Shown: piece by piece, positions 34,335-44,163 of the stretch
Layout of the letters: every line of letters starts with the position of its first letter
How positions within the stretch are numbered: the stretch's first letter is position 1
Origin: Perkinsela sp. CCAP 1560/9
Lineage: Eukaryota; Protista; Euglenozoa: Kinetoplastea
Direction of reading: 5' to 3'
NCBI GenBank assembly: GCA_965644495.1
Contig: CBFFSA010000016.1
Location: 124,001 to 188,000, forward strand
DNA: 64,000 bases
Made by a program: the position numbers and the translations under genes
The notes under the pieces: model-generated
Told to the model about the DNA's origin: nothing
Seen by the model: the letters and a program-made list of their open reading frames with translations, nothing else
Databases searched by the model: none

Positions 34335-34862
34335 ATTTCAATATAAAATGAGGCGTGAAAACCACACATTGAATAGTGAATATAAACCCTTATTGCGGTG
34401 GTTGTAAACCTACCGCTCTACCCTCGATTATTGAAAAAAAATTGAACAAAAACAGTGAAAATATAAATAGGAACACAGTAATATAATAGAAGAAAAAAAT
34501 ATAAAAGGGGGCCCCGGTGGTCCAAAACAGAAAAAAAAATCAAAAAAATGGGGTGTCCATGGGGGTGTCCATGTGGGGGGTCCAGGGGGGGGGGTCCAGG
34601 GGGGGGGTCCAGGGGGGGGTCCAGGGAGGGGTCCAGGGGGCGGGTCCAGGGGGGGGGTCCAGGGGGGGGGTCCTGTTCGATGAATGAAAACGCAATTTTT
34701 TTTTGTAAAAAAAAAGCTCGTTTCGGTCTGCATCATGCTCCTGGCTGCTACCTTGATCCGTAAGACAAAAACAAATCCGAAACGTTATCAAAAAGCGGAA
34801 GGATTCTTAAAACTATTGCCTCATAAGTTTACAAAGATAAAATCATAACTTACAAATACACA

Positions 34863-35913
34863 AACCTGCGGAAGTGGCAGACACAGGTCCTCAGTGCGCG
34901 ACCCAAAAAATATTGGGTTGGGGGTACGTTCGTTGTACTCAACGAACTGCCGGATTTTCGTTGAGTACTCAACGAACGGAAATTTACGGTGCAAGTCAAG
35001 GACTTTTGCATATGTCAAGGACTTTTGTGGAACACCCAAGAATTGTTTTTAATTTTCATTTTCCGTGCGTTCAGTATCCTACACTTCACTATATACGTTG
35101 ACAACGCCTGCGTAGCGAAAACTACGAAATTCAGTGAGCTTCGCAAATTGCTTCCCACTAACGACGCACAGGGGAATCCTACGCGGGGTACGGCTCAGGC
35201 CCGCTCACGCGGGGGCCCCCGCGCGGCCAAAATGGGTACTAAAATTTGTTATCAAGGTAGTTGGGCTTCGCAAATTGCTTCCCACGAATCTAGAGAGAAG
35301 CACACGTACAATAATCTTTAACGATAAAGATACAGTTTCTGTACCTTGTTGATTATTTACTTTCTTTACCTTTCATGGGAGTGTTCACACGCTCCAAAGC
35401 AAAAGAATCAGGAGTAGCTCCTGAGATTTTGCCGCTCCCTCGTGCCCGATGGAAAAAGAAGGCCGTGATGCCAACTCATCCGCCCGCCGTGCTAATATCC
35501 ACCACCTCCGCATGGAGCGCGCGGGTCGCCAAAAAATATAATTATGTCCCAGGGCTACGCTCACAGTTGGACCTTGCTCGAAAAGGAGGGCTTTTGCCTC
35601 CAGAAGCGGGCTACGCTCACAGTTGGGCCTTGCTCGCAGACGGGGGCCTTGCTTGCACACTTGGGCTTCGCTGACAGTTGGGCCTTGCCTCCAGACATGT
35701 AAACGAGATGGTAATGTTCAAATTCCCCCAAAAAAAATCGAGACGAAAAATTCGTGCAGCAGTGCCCGTTGGATGAATGATTCATCGAACGCACTGCCCG
35801 TTCGATGAATATTCATCGAACGGGACGCCTGGTCATCGAACGGGCCGCCGTTCAATGAATATTCATCGAACGCACCGTGCGTTCGATGAATTTTCATCGA
35901 ATGCCCCCCCTGG
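34863..35913 (+). mobile_element. Partial copy of the SL-exon-carrying, palindrome-rich element (paralogue of about 44453-45490)
   Basis: Near-identical to the array copies; contains the SL-like motif, the 99-aa ORF 35375-35674 and TTCGATGAATATTCATCGAA palindromes; ends CCCCCCCTGGC. Confidence 0.75.
35315..35351 (+). other. Spliced-leader-like exon without an SL intron
   Basis: TCTTTAACGATAAAGATACAGTTTCTGTACCTTGTTG contains the euglenozoan SL core ACAGTTTCTGTAC and ends in TTG; followed by ATT, not GT. Confidence 0.75.
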
Positions 35914-36920
35914 CTCGGAAACATGCGAAATATGTAAAATCAACTATGTTGCGAAATGATCAATTTCAATGCCTCCCTATATTGTCCTGCGGGGCTCTCC
36001 ACAATAACACAAAATCTCTACTACAGCTCCTGGCGGAAAAGGTCTACCGCGAACCCAAGGCGATTCTGAATGATTTTGTGCTTCTTCAACAGGAATTGAA
36101 TGGAGCGATAGTCCAGGGGCAATTGCGTAGCTACTTGCCGGATCCGAAAGATGAGTATGCTTATTAGAGTCGAGTCCGAGTCTGGACTTATTTGGTGGAT
36201 AAGGTAGTAATAGGAAGAAGTGGAAATGGTAGGAGGATAAATTAGGAATACGAAAAAAAAAGATATTTTATGTATAAAACGGGAAGAACACCAAAAAAAA
36301 AATCCCGAAAGTCTGAAGAATGACGGATCATATGTCCCACCAGTTTTGCTACGTCCAACATTTGATTGCGATAGCTCGTGGACGATGGTGAAATCGTAGT
36401 ATACATCTCCGCTTGCCCAATGAATCACGATATCTGGGCCCGAATGATAAAAAGATCCGGATCCGCAGGTTCTTTGGTGATGGGATTTGCCGTCGCCATC
36501 TACGCTTGCTCCACATTTTGCGCAAGTATAGGTGGAGAACTGTCTGGGTTCAAGCTCACAGGGCAGACCTGATTTTATGCATAATTCATAAATATTCCGA
36601 ACCATCCTGTTGTGCTTTGCCGTTGCGTTATTGCCTGAACATTTGACGCACCCGGACACGTGCGTGAGCGCTGTATGGGGGGTAAGTAATGCATGGCACC
36701 CTGGACACTGTAAATTGGAGGGGAGGCTCGGATGTGCAATCCCAATGCGTGGCATAACTGCTAACTTGAAAAGTCGCGTAGGTACAAGTCTAGAATTTGA
36801 GGTGAGCCATGAATAGTTACCTTTGGAGCTAGCTGCTCGTATTATGTGGGCTTGCGTTTTGTCTGTCATTAATTTGTCCCGTATGTCGTTGTGGTAGAGT
36901 TCCTCGGTGACTTCTTCTTT
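35914..36920. pseudogene. Rearranged 3' part of a CRE/SLACS-clade non-LTR retrotransposon: REL domain on the minus strand (about 36342-36920), extreme C-terminus on the plus strand (35914-36167)
   Basis: CPGCH...HVSGC, KHN, GPDIVIHWASGDVYYDFTIVHEL and FQCLPILSCGALH...QELNGA align with the 54633-57641 protein. Confidence 0.85.
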
Positions 36921-37000
36921 TTTTTTTTGCGGGTATGGCTGTTGTATATACGACATTCCTCATACTTTCGAAGGGGGGCGTATTCCATTATAATCTTCCT

Positions 37001-37200
37001 NNNNNNNNNNNNNNNNNNNNNNNNNNNNNNNNNNNNNNNNNNNNNNNNNNNNNNNNNNNNNNNNNNNNNNNNNNNNNNNNNNNNNNNNNNNNNNNNNNNN
37101 NNNNNNNNNNNNNNNNNNNNNNNNNNNNNNNNNNNNNNNNNNNNNNNNNNNNNNNNNNNNNNNNNNNNNNNNNNNNNNNNNNNNNNNNNNNNNNNNNNNN
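37001..37200. other. Assembly gap
   Basis: 200 N. Confidence 1.
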
Positions 37201-39419
37201 GGTCCAGAGGGCGGGTCCAGGGGGGGATCCCGGGGGGGGCATACGTCGTTGTTTGAAATTTTCAAAATCTTGATTTTCGAAACCGAGCCCCTGGACGCGC
37301 GGTAGCCCCTGGTACGCGCGGGAGGGGTCCGACAAAGTGAAAAATTCCGAAATTTTTGGGTGAGCAAAAAATTTTTTTTTAACCCAAAAAAAAGTAAGAA
37401 AATTATTTTTCCAAAATCGTGTCCTAAAACGTATTTAAAGAGTTTTGGACCTCAGCTACCATTCTACGGCGTTTGTTTCGACAGATAAGCCTCCTACCCC
37501 TACTGGTAAGGCATCAAAAACGGTCCAAATTTGGGTTGAAATTTCGCAATTTTTGCCGAAAAATCGCGCTTTTTCACCTAAAAAAATAGATTATTCATGA
37601 TCTTTTGGCGATTTTTCTTTTTTAGGCTCTTCGTTAAACGCGATAGTAGTTTTCAACGCGAAGCGCGCAGCATGAGTGACTAAGTTGAAAACAACCACCG
37701 CGTTTAACGAAGAGCCTAAAATTGCGATGGTTGTATAACAACCGCTCTACCCTCGATTATTGCAAAAAAAGTGAACAAAAACAGTGAAAATATAAAGAGA
37801 AACACAGTAATATAATAGGAGAAAAAAATATAAAAGGGGGCCCCGGTGGTCCAAAAATGAAAAAAAAGAATTGAAAAAAATGGCGGGTCTAGGGGGGAGT
37901 CCATGGGGGGGTACAGGGGGGGGGGTCCTTGGGGGTGGGCATACGTCAAGATTTTTTTTTGAATTTTTTGCTTGAAATCAACGGACCCTTTCTTCTGCCA
38001 TAAACTTCGTAAAATAAGGTAAACAAAGAAATCAATATTTCCCATGTATAAATAGAAGATTTATCCCGCTATACCCATTTCCTTTGTAATCAATAAAATA
38101 TACTAAGTATCACAAGTATCACAAAATAGAGCTCTTTAACCTAGCAAACATTCCCTGTAACTTACGAACGGGCGTTATGCCCACCACGTCGCGAAATGGT
38201 TGGGGGTTGGGTGGGTGGGCACGTTTTTGTTGTTTATAGGAGGAAATGTCACTAATATACAGTATATTTATAATTACCTCAATCTATCCCTGGTACATAG
38301 ATAAATAGTTTAGACCCATTTCGGGGTAGAATTTGAAAACAGTTTAGACCCCTTTCGGGGCACCATCTGCATATCAACAATATAAAGTCTCCTAAATTTC
38401 TTATCGTAAACTTATAGAAATCAACGGACCCTTTCTTCTGCCATAAACTTCGTAAAATAAGGTAAACAAAGAAATCAATATTTCCCATGTATAAATAGAA
38501 GATTTATCCCGCTATACCCATTTCCTTTGTAATCAATAAAATATACTAAGTATCACAAGTATCACAAAATAGAGCTCTTTAACCTAGCAAACATTCCCTG
38601 TAACTTACGAACGGGCGTTATGCCCACCACGTCGCGAACCAACCCGTTCGCATGTCACCACGCACACCAAGTCTCGTTACACACCTCCACTCTCCTCGCA
38701 CCCTTCACTCCCTCACTCTCCCTCCCATCCCCTCACGACAACCCAACGCAACTAACCACAGTACAGCACCCTTTCACTCGTCAAACACGTGTCCTCGTCG
38801 TACACGTGTGCATGAATAACTAAAGAACGTATATATAGTAGTTTTTTTTTTAGCAATTTCATATTTTGGAGCCCAAAACTAGCAATTCGATCTCCCGTAA
38901 GTATAATAACAATAATAATAATAATAATAAAAACAAGCAATCCACGCCCAATCCATTCGCGCGTTCCGGACCGGGTCTTTCGACCTCTCCACGGCCTGAC
39001 TTGTGAACCCTTCCCTTGTTATACGGGAGGGCGCAGGCGCGGGCCTGTGTCGACAGCGACACGGTCGCGAAACAGGATGCTGGTCGACGGGGAGGAGATT
39101 CACTTCCCGTGTGCTACCTCACTTGGGGTACCTAGCCCTCGCGGGCTAGGCGTGAGCATAGACTCTGTCGACTCGACCAACATCCAGGCCAGAAGTTTTC
39201 CTTACTCTTCTTTGCCATACCCCACAAGTGCAGGGCCTGTGTTCGCCGAGGGGAGGCGAAGAACGAGCATACGCGCCTGGGAGCGCATGAGGGTGACGTT
39301 CAGACTTGTTAGTATTTGCTGTAACGCCCCCCCTTGCGAAAGTGTTCCACCTGAGGTTTCTTTTTTTTTTTTTGGTAAAAACTATTTTCGGCAACAATCA
39401 GTCAGTGGCGGCTGACCAA

Positions 39420-40240
39420 TTATTGTAGATTATGAAATTTTGTATGGCTATCTAAACGACTCACGGGATCTGCTGGGTTGTCTTCGGACCGTATGTATCG
39501 CGCTTTGATGCAAATCCCTTGATTCTGATTCATCAGTAAAACTTTCTTCAGTTCGCTAGCGATATTATCGGAATTCGCCATACGTTTATTAATGGCGCCC
39601 TGACAAGACGTGTTATCTATGTATAAGTCAATACACGTCCCCTTCTCAAAGTGATGTTTGAAGTCCTTCAAAGCATTGGTTACGGCCATGGCCTCGGCAT
39701 GATTTACCTCATATTTAAATTCTTTGGGCCAAGAGTCACCTGTAATCTGTACCCCCCCGTCATCGAGATATAGCACTGCTCCCCACCCTTTGCTCGATGC
39801 GTCGGTATATAGGCGGTGCGTATGGGGCACGACGTCTGGGTGCGGAGGTGGTTCAATGGGTATATTCTTTAGCACTTCGTCCCGCCAATCGGCTAGGATG
39901 CATCTCGTGGGTTTAGGAAGAGGTACCGGCTTATCCGCTAGGTGAAGATTTCGGTTTAACATATTAATACGGCGCCTCGCAATTTTGAGCGTAAAATGAA
40001 AACGCGGAATAACATACCCAAGGACTACTGAGGCGTAGAGGAGACGCCCCACCGCCGTCTCCAATTGGGCGTACGTAATAGTGTTAAATCGATCACGACG
40101 TAACTTCAGTAGTACTCGAGGTCCCAGGCTGACCTTGTGCACTATATGATCGTAGTTTACGCCATTAAACACATACTCCAGTTCCGGGGGTGAGCCATGC
40201 TCCTTAAAGGCTCCATTAGCTTCTCTACAGCGGGAGAAAT
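39420..40240 (-). pseudogene. YR-1 RT C-terminus and DIRS-type RNase H
   Basis: YVFNGV, LYTDASSKGWG, VNHAEAMA, YIDNTS, SEDNPADPVSR; RT catalytic core missing at the junction near 40240-40260. Confidence 0.88.
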
Positions 40241-40489
40241 TCTACAGCGGGAATTTCCGCACTTTGGTGCAAAACATTTTATTCATAATGCGCTCTAGTC
40301 GGCTTCGCGTGTCATTCCTCATCCAAGACTTAACTTTATCCAGTTCTATAGTAGGAATTCCCGTCTTAAGATGTAAGGGGTGATGCATGTCCTGCGCCTT
40401 AGCTAAGCGCGAAGTTCTCCTTGCACAAATAATGCTATACCGCTTAACATGTGGGACCTGCTCGAGGCACTTATCTACATCAGCTTGTG

Positions 40490-41641
40490 TTATTGGAGTT
40501 GCAGGAGAGCCGAAGCTCGCTGTGTACCGAGCGCTCTCGCGGTGGTCACTAGGTTTGCGTTGTACCGTAATAGGGAGGTAATGTTCTGATGCTTTGCGAG
40601 ATTTTGAACGTCTGATATTGTTAGTCTTCCTAGAGCAACCTGCTGAAACAGGTACGTTACCGCTCCGCGCTTGATGGAATGTGTTCCGAATTTCGGGCCG
40701 AGAATCTTGCGTATTCGGAGATCCATCTCCCGTACTGTCGTGGCGCTTATGCGCTGCCCTGCAATCATATGCCTGACGTGTTGAGCTATCTCTGGAGTCC
40801 CTGGACCCACTATCGTTGTGCACATGGATAACCGATACGGGTTGAGTCGTGTGGTTTTCGTTTGCCGCCCCCTATACACAATTACTTCGTTGTCGTCCAC
40901 CTTGACAAACCGGTCTTTGGTCAATTCGGCTACTTCGGTCCATCGGCCCCCGGCTTTCCAACAGATCAACACCGCTATCGAATCCCTTGGTATGAGTTTG
41001 GCGCGCAACTTTCTGATATGCCATGGGGTTGCGGGCTCCATTTGGCGGGTTGGTTCTAGCGCTCCCTTTGCTTGCAATGCTTTCGCGTATAGCTGTAGAG
41101 GTCCTGTGGGTTTGTGGGCGAGGTTAAATATCGATTGGAGGCTTCGTGCATATGCGAGAAGTGTTGCGGGTGCAAGATTCAGCTGATCGAGGAACACTAC
41201 AGCGTGTAGGGGTTCGAGGGGGGCGTTTCCCGCGTTGCAAAAGCGGGCCAGTCGATCCCACAACCGACTTCGTGTCATCCAGGTGGCTGTCGTCCACATG
41301 GGGTCTATCGCGCGGCATATCGGTTCGACTACCGGCATTCTCGGTTCCAGTCCCAACAAAGTGCATGTCAGTCTGCGTTTTGCTTGCAGTTCGTTCATGT
41401 TTTCGCTTCCGACGACGTCGCGAGGATCGGGATTTGGACGCTCCCGCTTCGGCGCGTGGACTACAGACCGTATAATGGTCGGAACACTTACATCCGTATT
41501 CCCGGATGAAGGCCAAGAACTGTTTGAAAAGTTCACCCGCCGCGTTTTCGGCAGCTGGGCACGTGCAAAAAAGCCTGGTTTTTTCACCCTCCGTTTGACA
41601 AACGGTCGGGCACGAGCGAGATAAGGGGTGGGGGGCCTTCC
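40490..41641 (-). CDS. YR-1 tyrosine recombinase (open in the gag frame from the gag stop onward)
   Basis: WKAGGRWTE (catalytic R), TKT (K), HSIKRG (HxxR), LAKH, LLRY (Y). Confidence 0.9.
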   Translation of the reverse strand, partial: GRPPTPYLARARPFVKRRVKKPGFFARAQLPKTRRVNFSNSSWPSSGNTDVSVPTIIRSVVHAPKRERPNPDPRDVVGSENMNELQAKRRLTCTLLGLEPRMPVVEPICRAIDPMWTTATWMTRSRLWDRLARFCNAGNAPLEPLHAVVFLDQLNLAPATLLAYARSLQSIFNLAHKPTGPLQLYAKALQAKGALEPTRQMEPATPWHIRKLRAKLIPRDSIAVLICWKAGGRWTEVAELTKDRFVKVDDNEVIVYRGRQTKTTRLNPYRLSMCTTIVGPGTPEIAQHVRHMIAGQRISATTVREMDLRIRKILGPKFGTHSIKRGAVTYLFQQVALGRLTISDVQNLAKHQNITSLLRYNANLVTTARALGTQRASALLQLQ

Positions 41642-42679
41642 CTATTGGCCCCTCTTTGCACCAGCGGTGCCGCTCGTCACCCCCGAGCGAAAACCCGTGG
41701 CGAAGCTGCGTTGCTGGGCTTGATTTAAGGTCGGACAGTACGCACGGATGTGACCCGGCTTGTGGCATTTGTAGCAGAGTAATGCAGGCTTGGCCGGCCC
41801 CTTGGGAGTACGCAGCTGTCGAAGTTTCTCGTCTGCGACAGCCTTCGTATACGCGTCCTTAGCGTCGTCGTCCTTATGCAGCTTTAACTGGAGATTTTCA
41901 ATCGGAATGCCTTGAGATGCCCAGTAATGGTTCCGTAGTTCTTCGATTGCTGTTTGGACAATGCTCAGAAAATACTCCTCACGCCACATTGGGTACATAC
42001 GAGCGGCATACACCCAATCCTGAATAATCTTAAAGAGACGCTCGCGGATGGGCGGGGGGTGAAATAACAAGCCAAACTCCGGTGCCGCCCTAAGATCTCG
42101 GATGAGATCCCTCACGCGCAGCTCATCTTCGGATTTAAGCCAGGGCCCCCAGGTCAACGGTTCATAAGTCGTGAACTTGGCGGGGTCAGTCACAAGCTGC
42201 GGTGTTGCTTGCCCATCTTCAGTCTTCCGCCCCCCTGGCATGACTGCTCGGACACTAGAGATCTCTAGGGAATAGTAATTAATATCCGGGAAAGGGAAAT
42301 CGTATGTCATACCTGGCTCGTCAGACCACTTCGCCTCCAGGGACCCCGATCCATCGCCCTTAAGAGAAATGTTACCCTCTACCGTTTGACGATGAGTTTC
42401 CCCTACATGGCCCCACACGGCCTCAACAGATACCTGGTACCCTCGAGCTACTAAAGATTTAACTTTAGCAGCAAACTCCATCTTCGATTCCTCTGACATG
42501 GCCTCCGCGCCATCCCCACCTCGAAGCAAAGCCGCCACTTGCTCGGGGTTCAGGGTGTTTCTCTGGTCCCGTCCTTGTCGGAGAGATGGGCTCACAGGGT
42601 CTTTAGCATCAACTGGTGGAGGACTGTCCTGTCTGCCCATAGAGAGTGTTCGGCGCACGGTATTCAAAATACCTGCCAT
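41642..42679 (-). CDS. gag: YR-1 Gag-like protein with CCHC knuckle
   Basis: CYKCHKPGHIRAYC; ATG 42679 just downstream of repeat A1. Confidence 0.85.
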   Translation of the reverse strand: MAGILNTVRRTLSMGRQDSPPPVDAKDPVSPSLRQGRDQRNTLNPEQVAALLRGGDGAEAMSEESKMEFAAKVKSLVARGYQVSVEAVWGHVGETHRQTVEGNISLKGDGSGSLEAKWSDEPGMTYDFPFPDINYYSLEISSVRAVMPGGRKTEDGQATPQLVTDPAKFTTYEPLTWGPWLKSEDELRVRDLIRDLRAAPEFGLLFHPPPIRERLFKIIQDWVYAARMYPMWREEYFLSIVQTAIEELRNHYWASQGIPIENLQLKLHKDDDAKDAYTKAVADEKLRQLRTPKGPAKPALLCYKCHKPGHIRAYCPTLNQAQQRSFATGFRSGVTSGTAGAKRGQ

Positions 42680-43214
42680 GGAAAAAACGTTTTTGTTGTT
42701 TATAGGAGGAAATGTCACTAATATACAGTATATTTATAATTACCTCAATCTATCCCTGGTACATAGATAAATAGTTTAGACCCATTTCGGGGTAGAATTT
42801 GAAAACAGTTTAGACCCCTTTCGGGGCACCATCTGCATATCAACAATATAAAGTCTCCTAAATTTCTTATCGTAAACTTATATTCAAAATCGAGCGCAGG
42901 GAAGTGGTAGAGTAGGCCGCGGCGATAATTCCCCCCCCCCTAGGGGTACCCCCCCCCTGGTATGCGCACGAGGGGTCCGACAAGGTCAAAATTTCCGAAA
43001 TTCTTGTGGTGACCAAAAAAATAATAATCTTGACCTAAGAAAAGTAAAAGTATTATTTTTCCAAAATCGAGTACTAAAACGTAGTTTAAGAGTTTCGGAC
43101 CTCAGTTACCATTCTACAACGTGTTTCTTGTCAGATTCGCCTCCTACCCCTATTGGTAAGGCATCAAAAACGGCCCAAATTCAGGTTACAATTTCGCAAT
43201 TTTCGCCGAAAAAT

Positions 43215-44163
43215 TGGGCGACGGCCACGTGGGCCACAAGGGCGCGATTGTGGCTCGGTCTGAGCGAGTATTGCCAGGCGAAGGGAACCACCGCGAATCA
43301 CTTCACGGTTGTGGAGACCGATGATGAGGGCAATCAGCGCAGGTTTATTTCGTGGACACGGGACGACGATGACAGACTTAAAGGATATAAACCAAAGGTC
43401 CCTTTATATCATCCCTCCAAATACCGTATACCCCCCAGTAATAGAATCGATTTTGGACCCAAATGGCCAAATCTCTGTTACTGGGGGGTACGCTTTTTTG
43501 GTGAGAAAAGACCTTTTTTGCACATGGGTGCATTGATTTGCTGTCCAGACAACCCCGCAACTACGCCATTCGCTCCCGCGCAGCCACCCTCACCCAGCCC
43601 AGCGACCCCCACCCGCTCAAACACCCCCTCCCCCCTCCACCCACCCTCGAACCAAATCTATGTTACTGGGGGTCAGCCCAAAAAATGGTCAACTCTTTGT
43701 TACTGGGGGGGTCTATTACTGGGGGGGTATACAGTACCTTCATAAGGCGCACGAGCCGATGGCTGTGAAGCGGGACTTCACGTGTGGGTTTTACCAGATT
43801 GGTATCCCAAAGAGGGCGAGGCCCAAATTCCGCCTTAGAACGAACAGTGGAGACGTGTATGAGATGAACGTCCTCCCGATGGGCCATAGGTGTGCACCGG
43901 AGGTTATGCACACGGTTACCGCCGCGATTGCTGGCGAGGCGTCGATTTATTCTCAGCGCTACTCGTTTCACCGAGGCGCTATCGACGTTTATGTTGACGG
44001 AGTTCGGTTTGCAGGAACCGACTCCGAGGCCATCACGTACGCTCAGTTCATTGACGAGCGTTGCGACAAAGCGAACGGTCTTTTCAAAGATCGGGGTCAG
44101 CCCCCTGTAGCACAGTACGTGTTCAATGGGGTGGCGTTCGACCATAACGCGCATACGGTCTGC
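43215..44163 (+). pseudogene. Element YR-5: short YR fragment fused to a DIRS-type RT, interrupted by a MITE
   Basis: WATATWATRARLW; FTVVE...RRFISW; RDFTCGFYQI; LPMGHRCAP; VYVDGV. Confidence 0.85.
43424..43734. mobile_element. MITE inserted at TA in the YR-5 RT
   Basis: TA|CCGTATACCCCCCAGTAATAGA ... TCTATTACTGGGGGGGTATACAG|TA; removing it restores HPSKY-LHKAHEPMAVKRD. Confidence 0.88.

Larger units (their letters stand above)
37974..42882 (-). mobile_element. Tyrosine-recombinase retrotransposon (element YR-1) with split direct repeats A1...B1-A2-B2; RT core deleted
   Basis: A1 42687-42882 = A2 38221-38416 (196 bp); B1 38417-38638 = B2 37974-38195 (222 bp); gag, YR, RT N-terminus and RNase H ORFs inside. 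Confidence 0.9.

Noticed and set aside
35315-35420. Functional SL RNA gene
   Set aside because: The exon is not followed by a GT donor, no SL intron/Sm-site region was recognised, and it leads straight into a UTR and ATG
41642-41644. Stop-codon reassignment (alternative genetic code) as the explanation for the in-frame gag stops
   Set aside because: Host genes end normally in TAA, TAG or TGA with no internal stops, and the gag stops differ (TAG, TGA)
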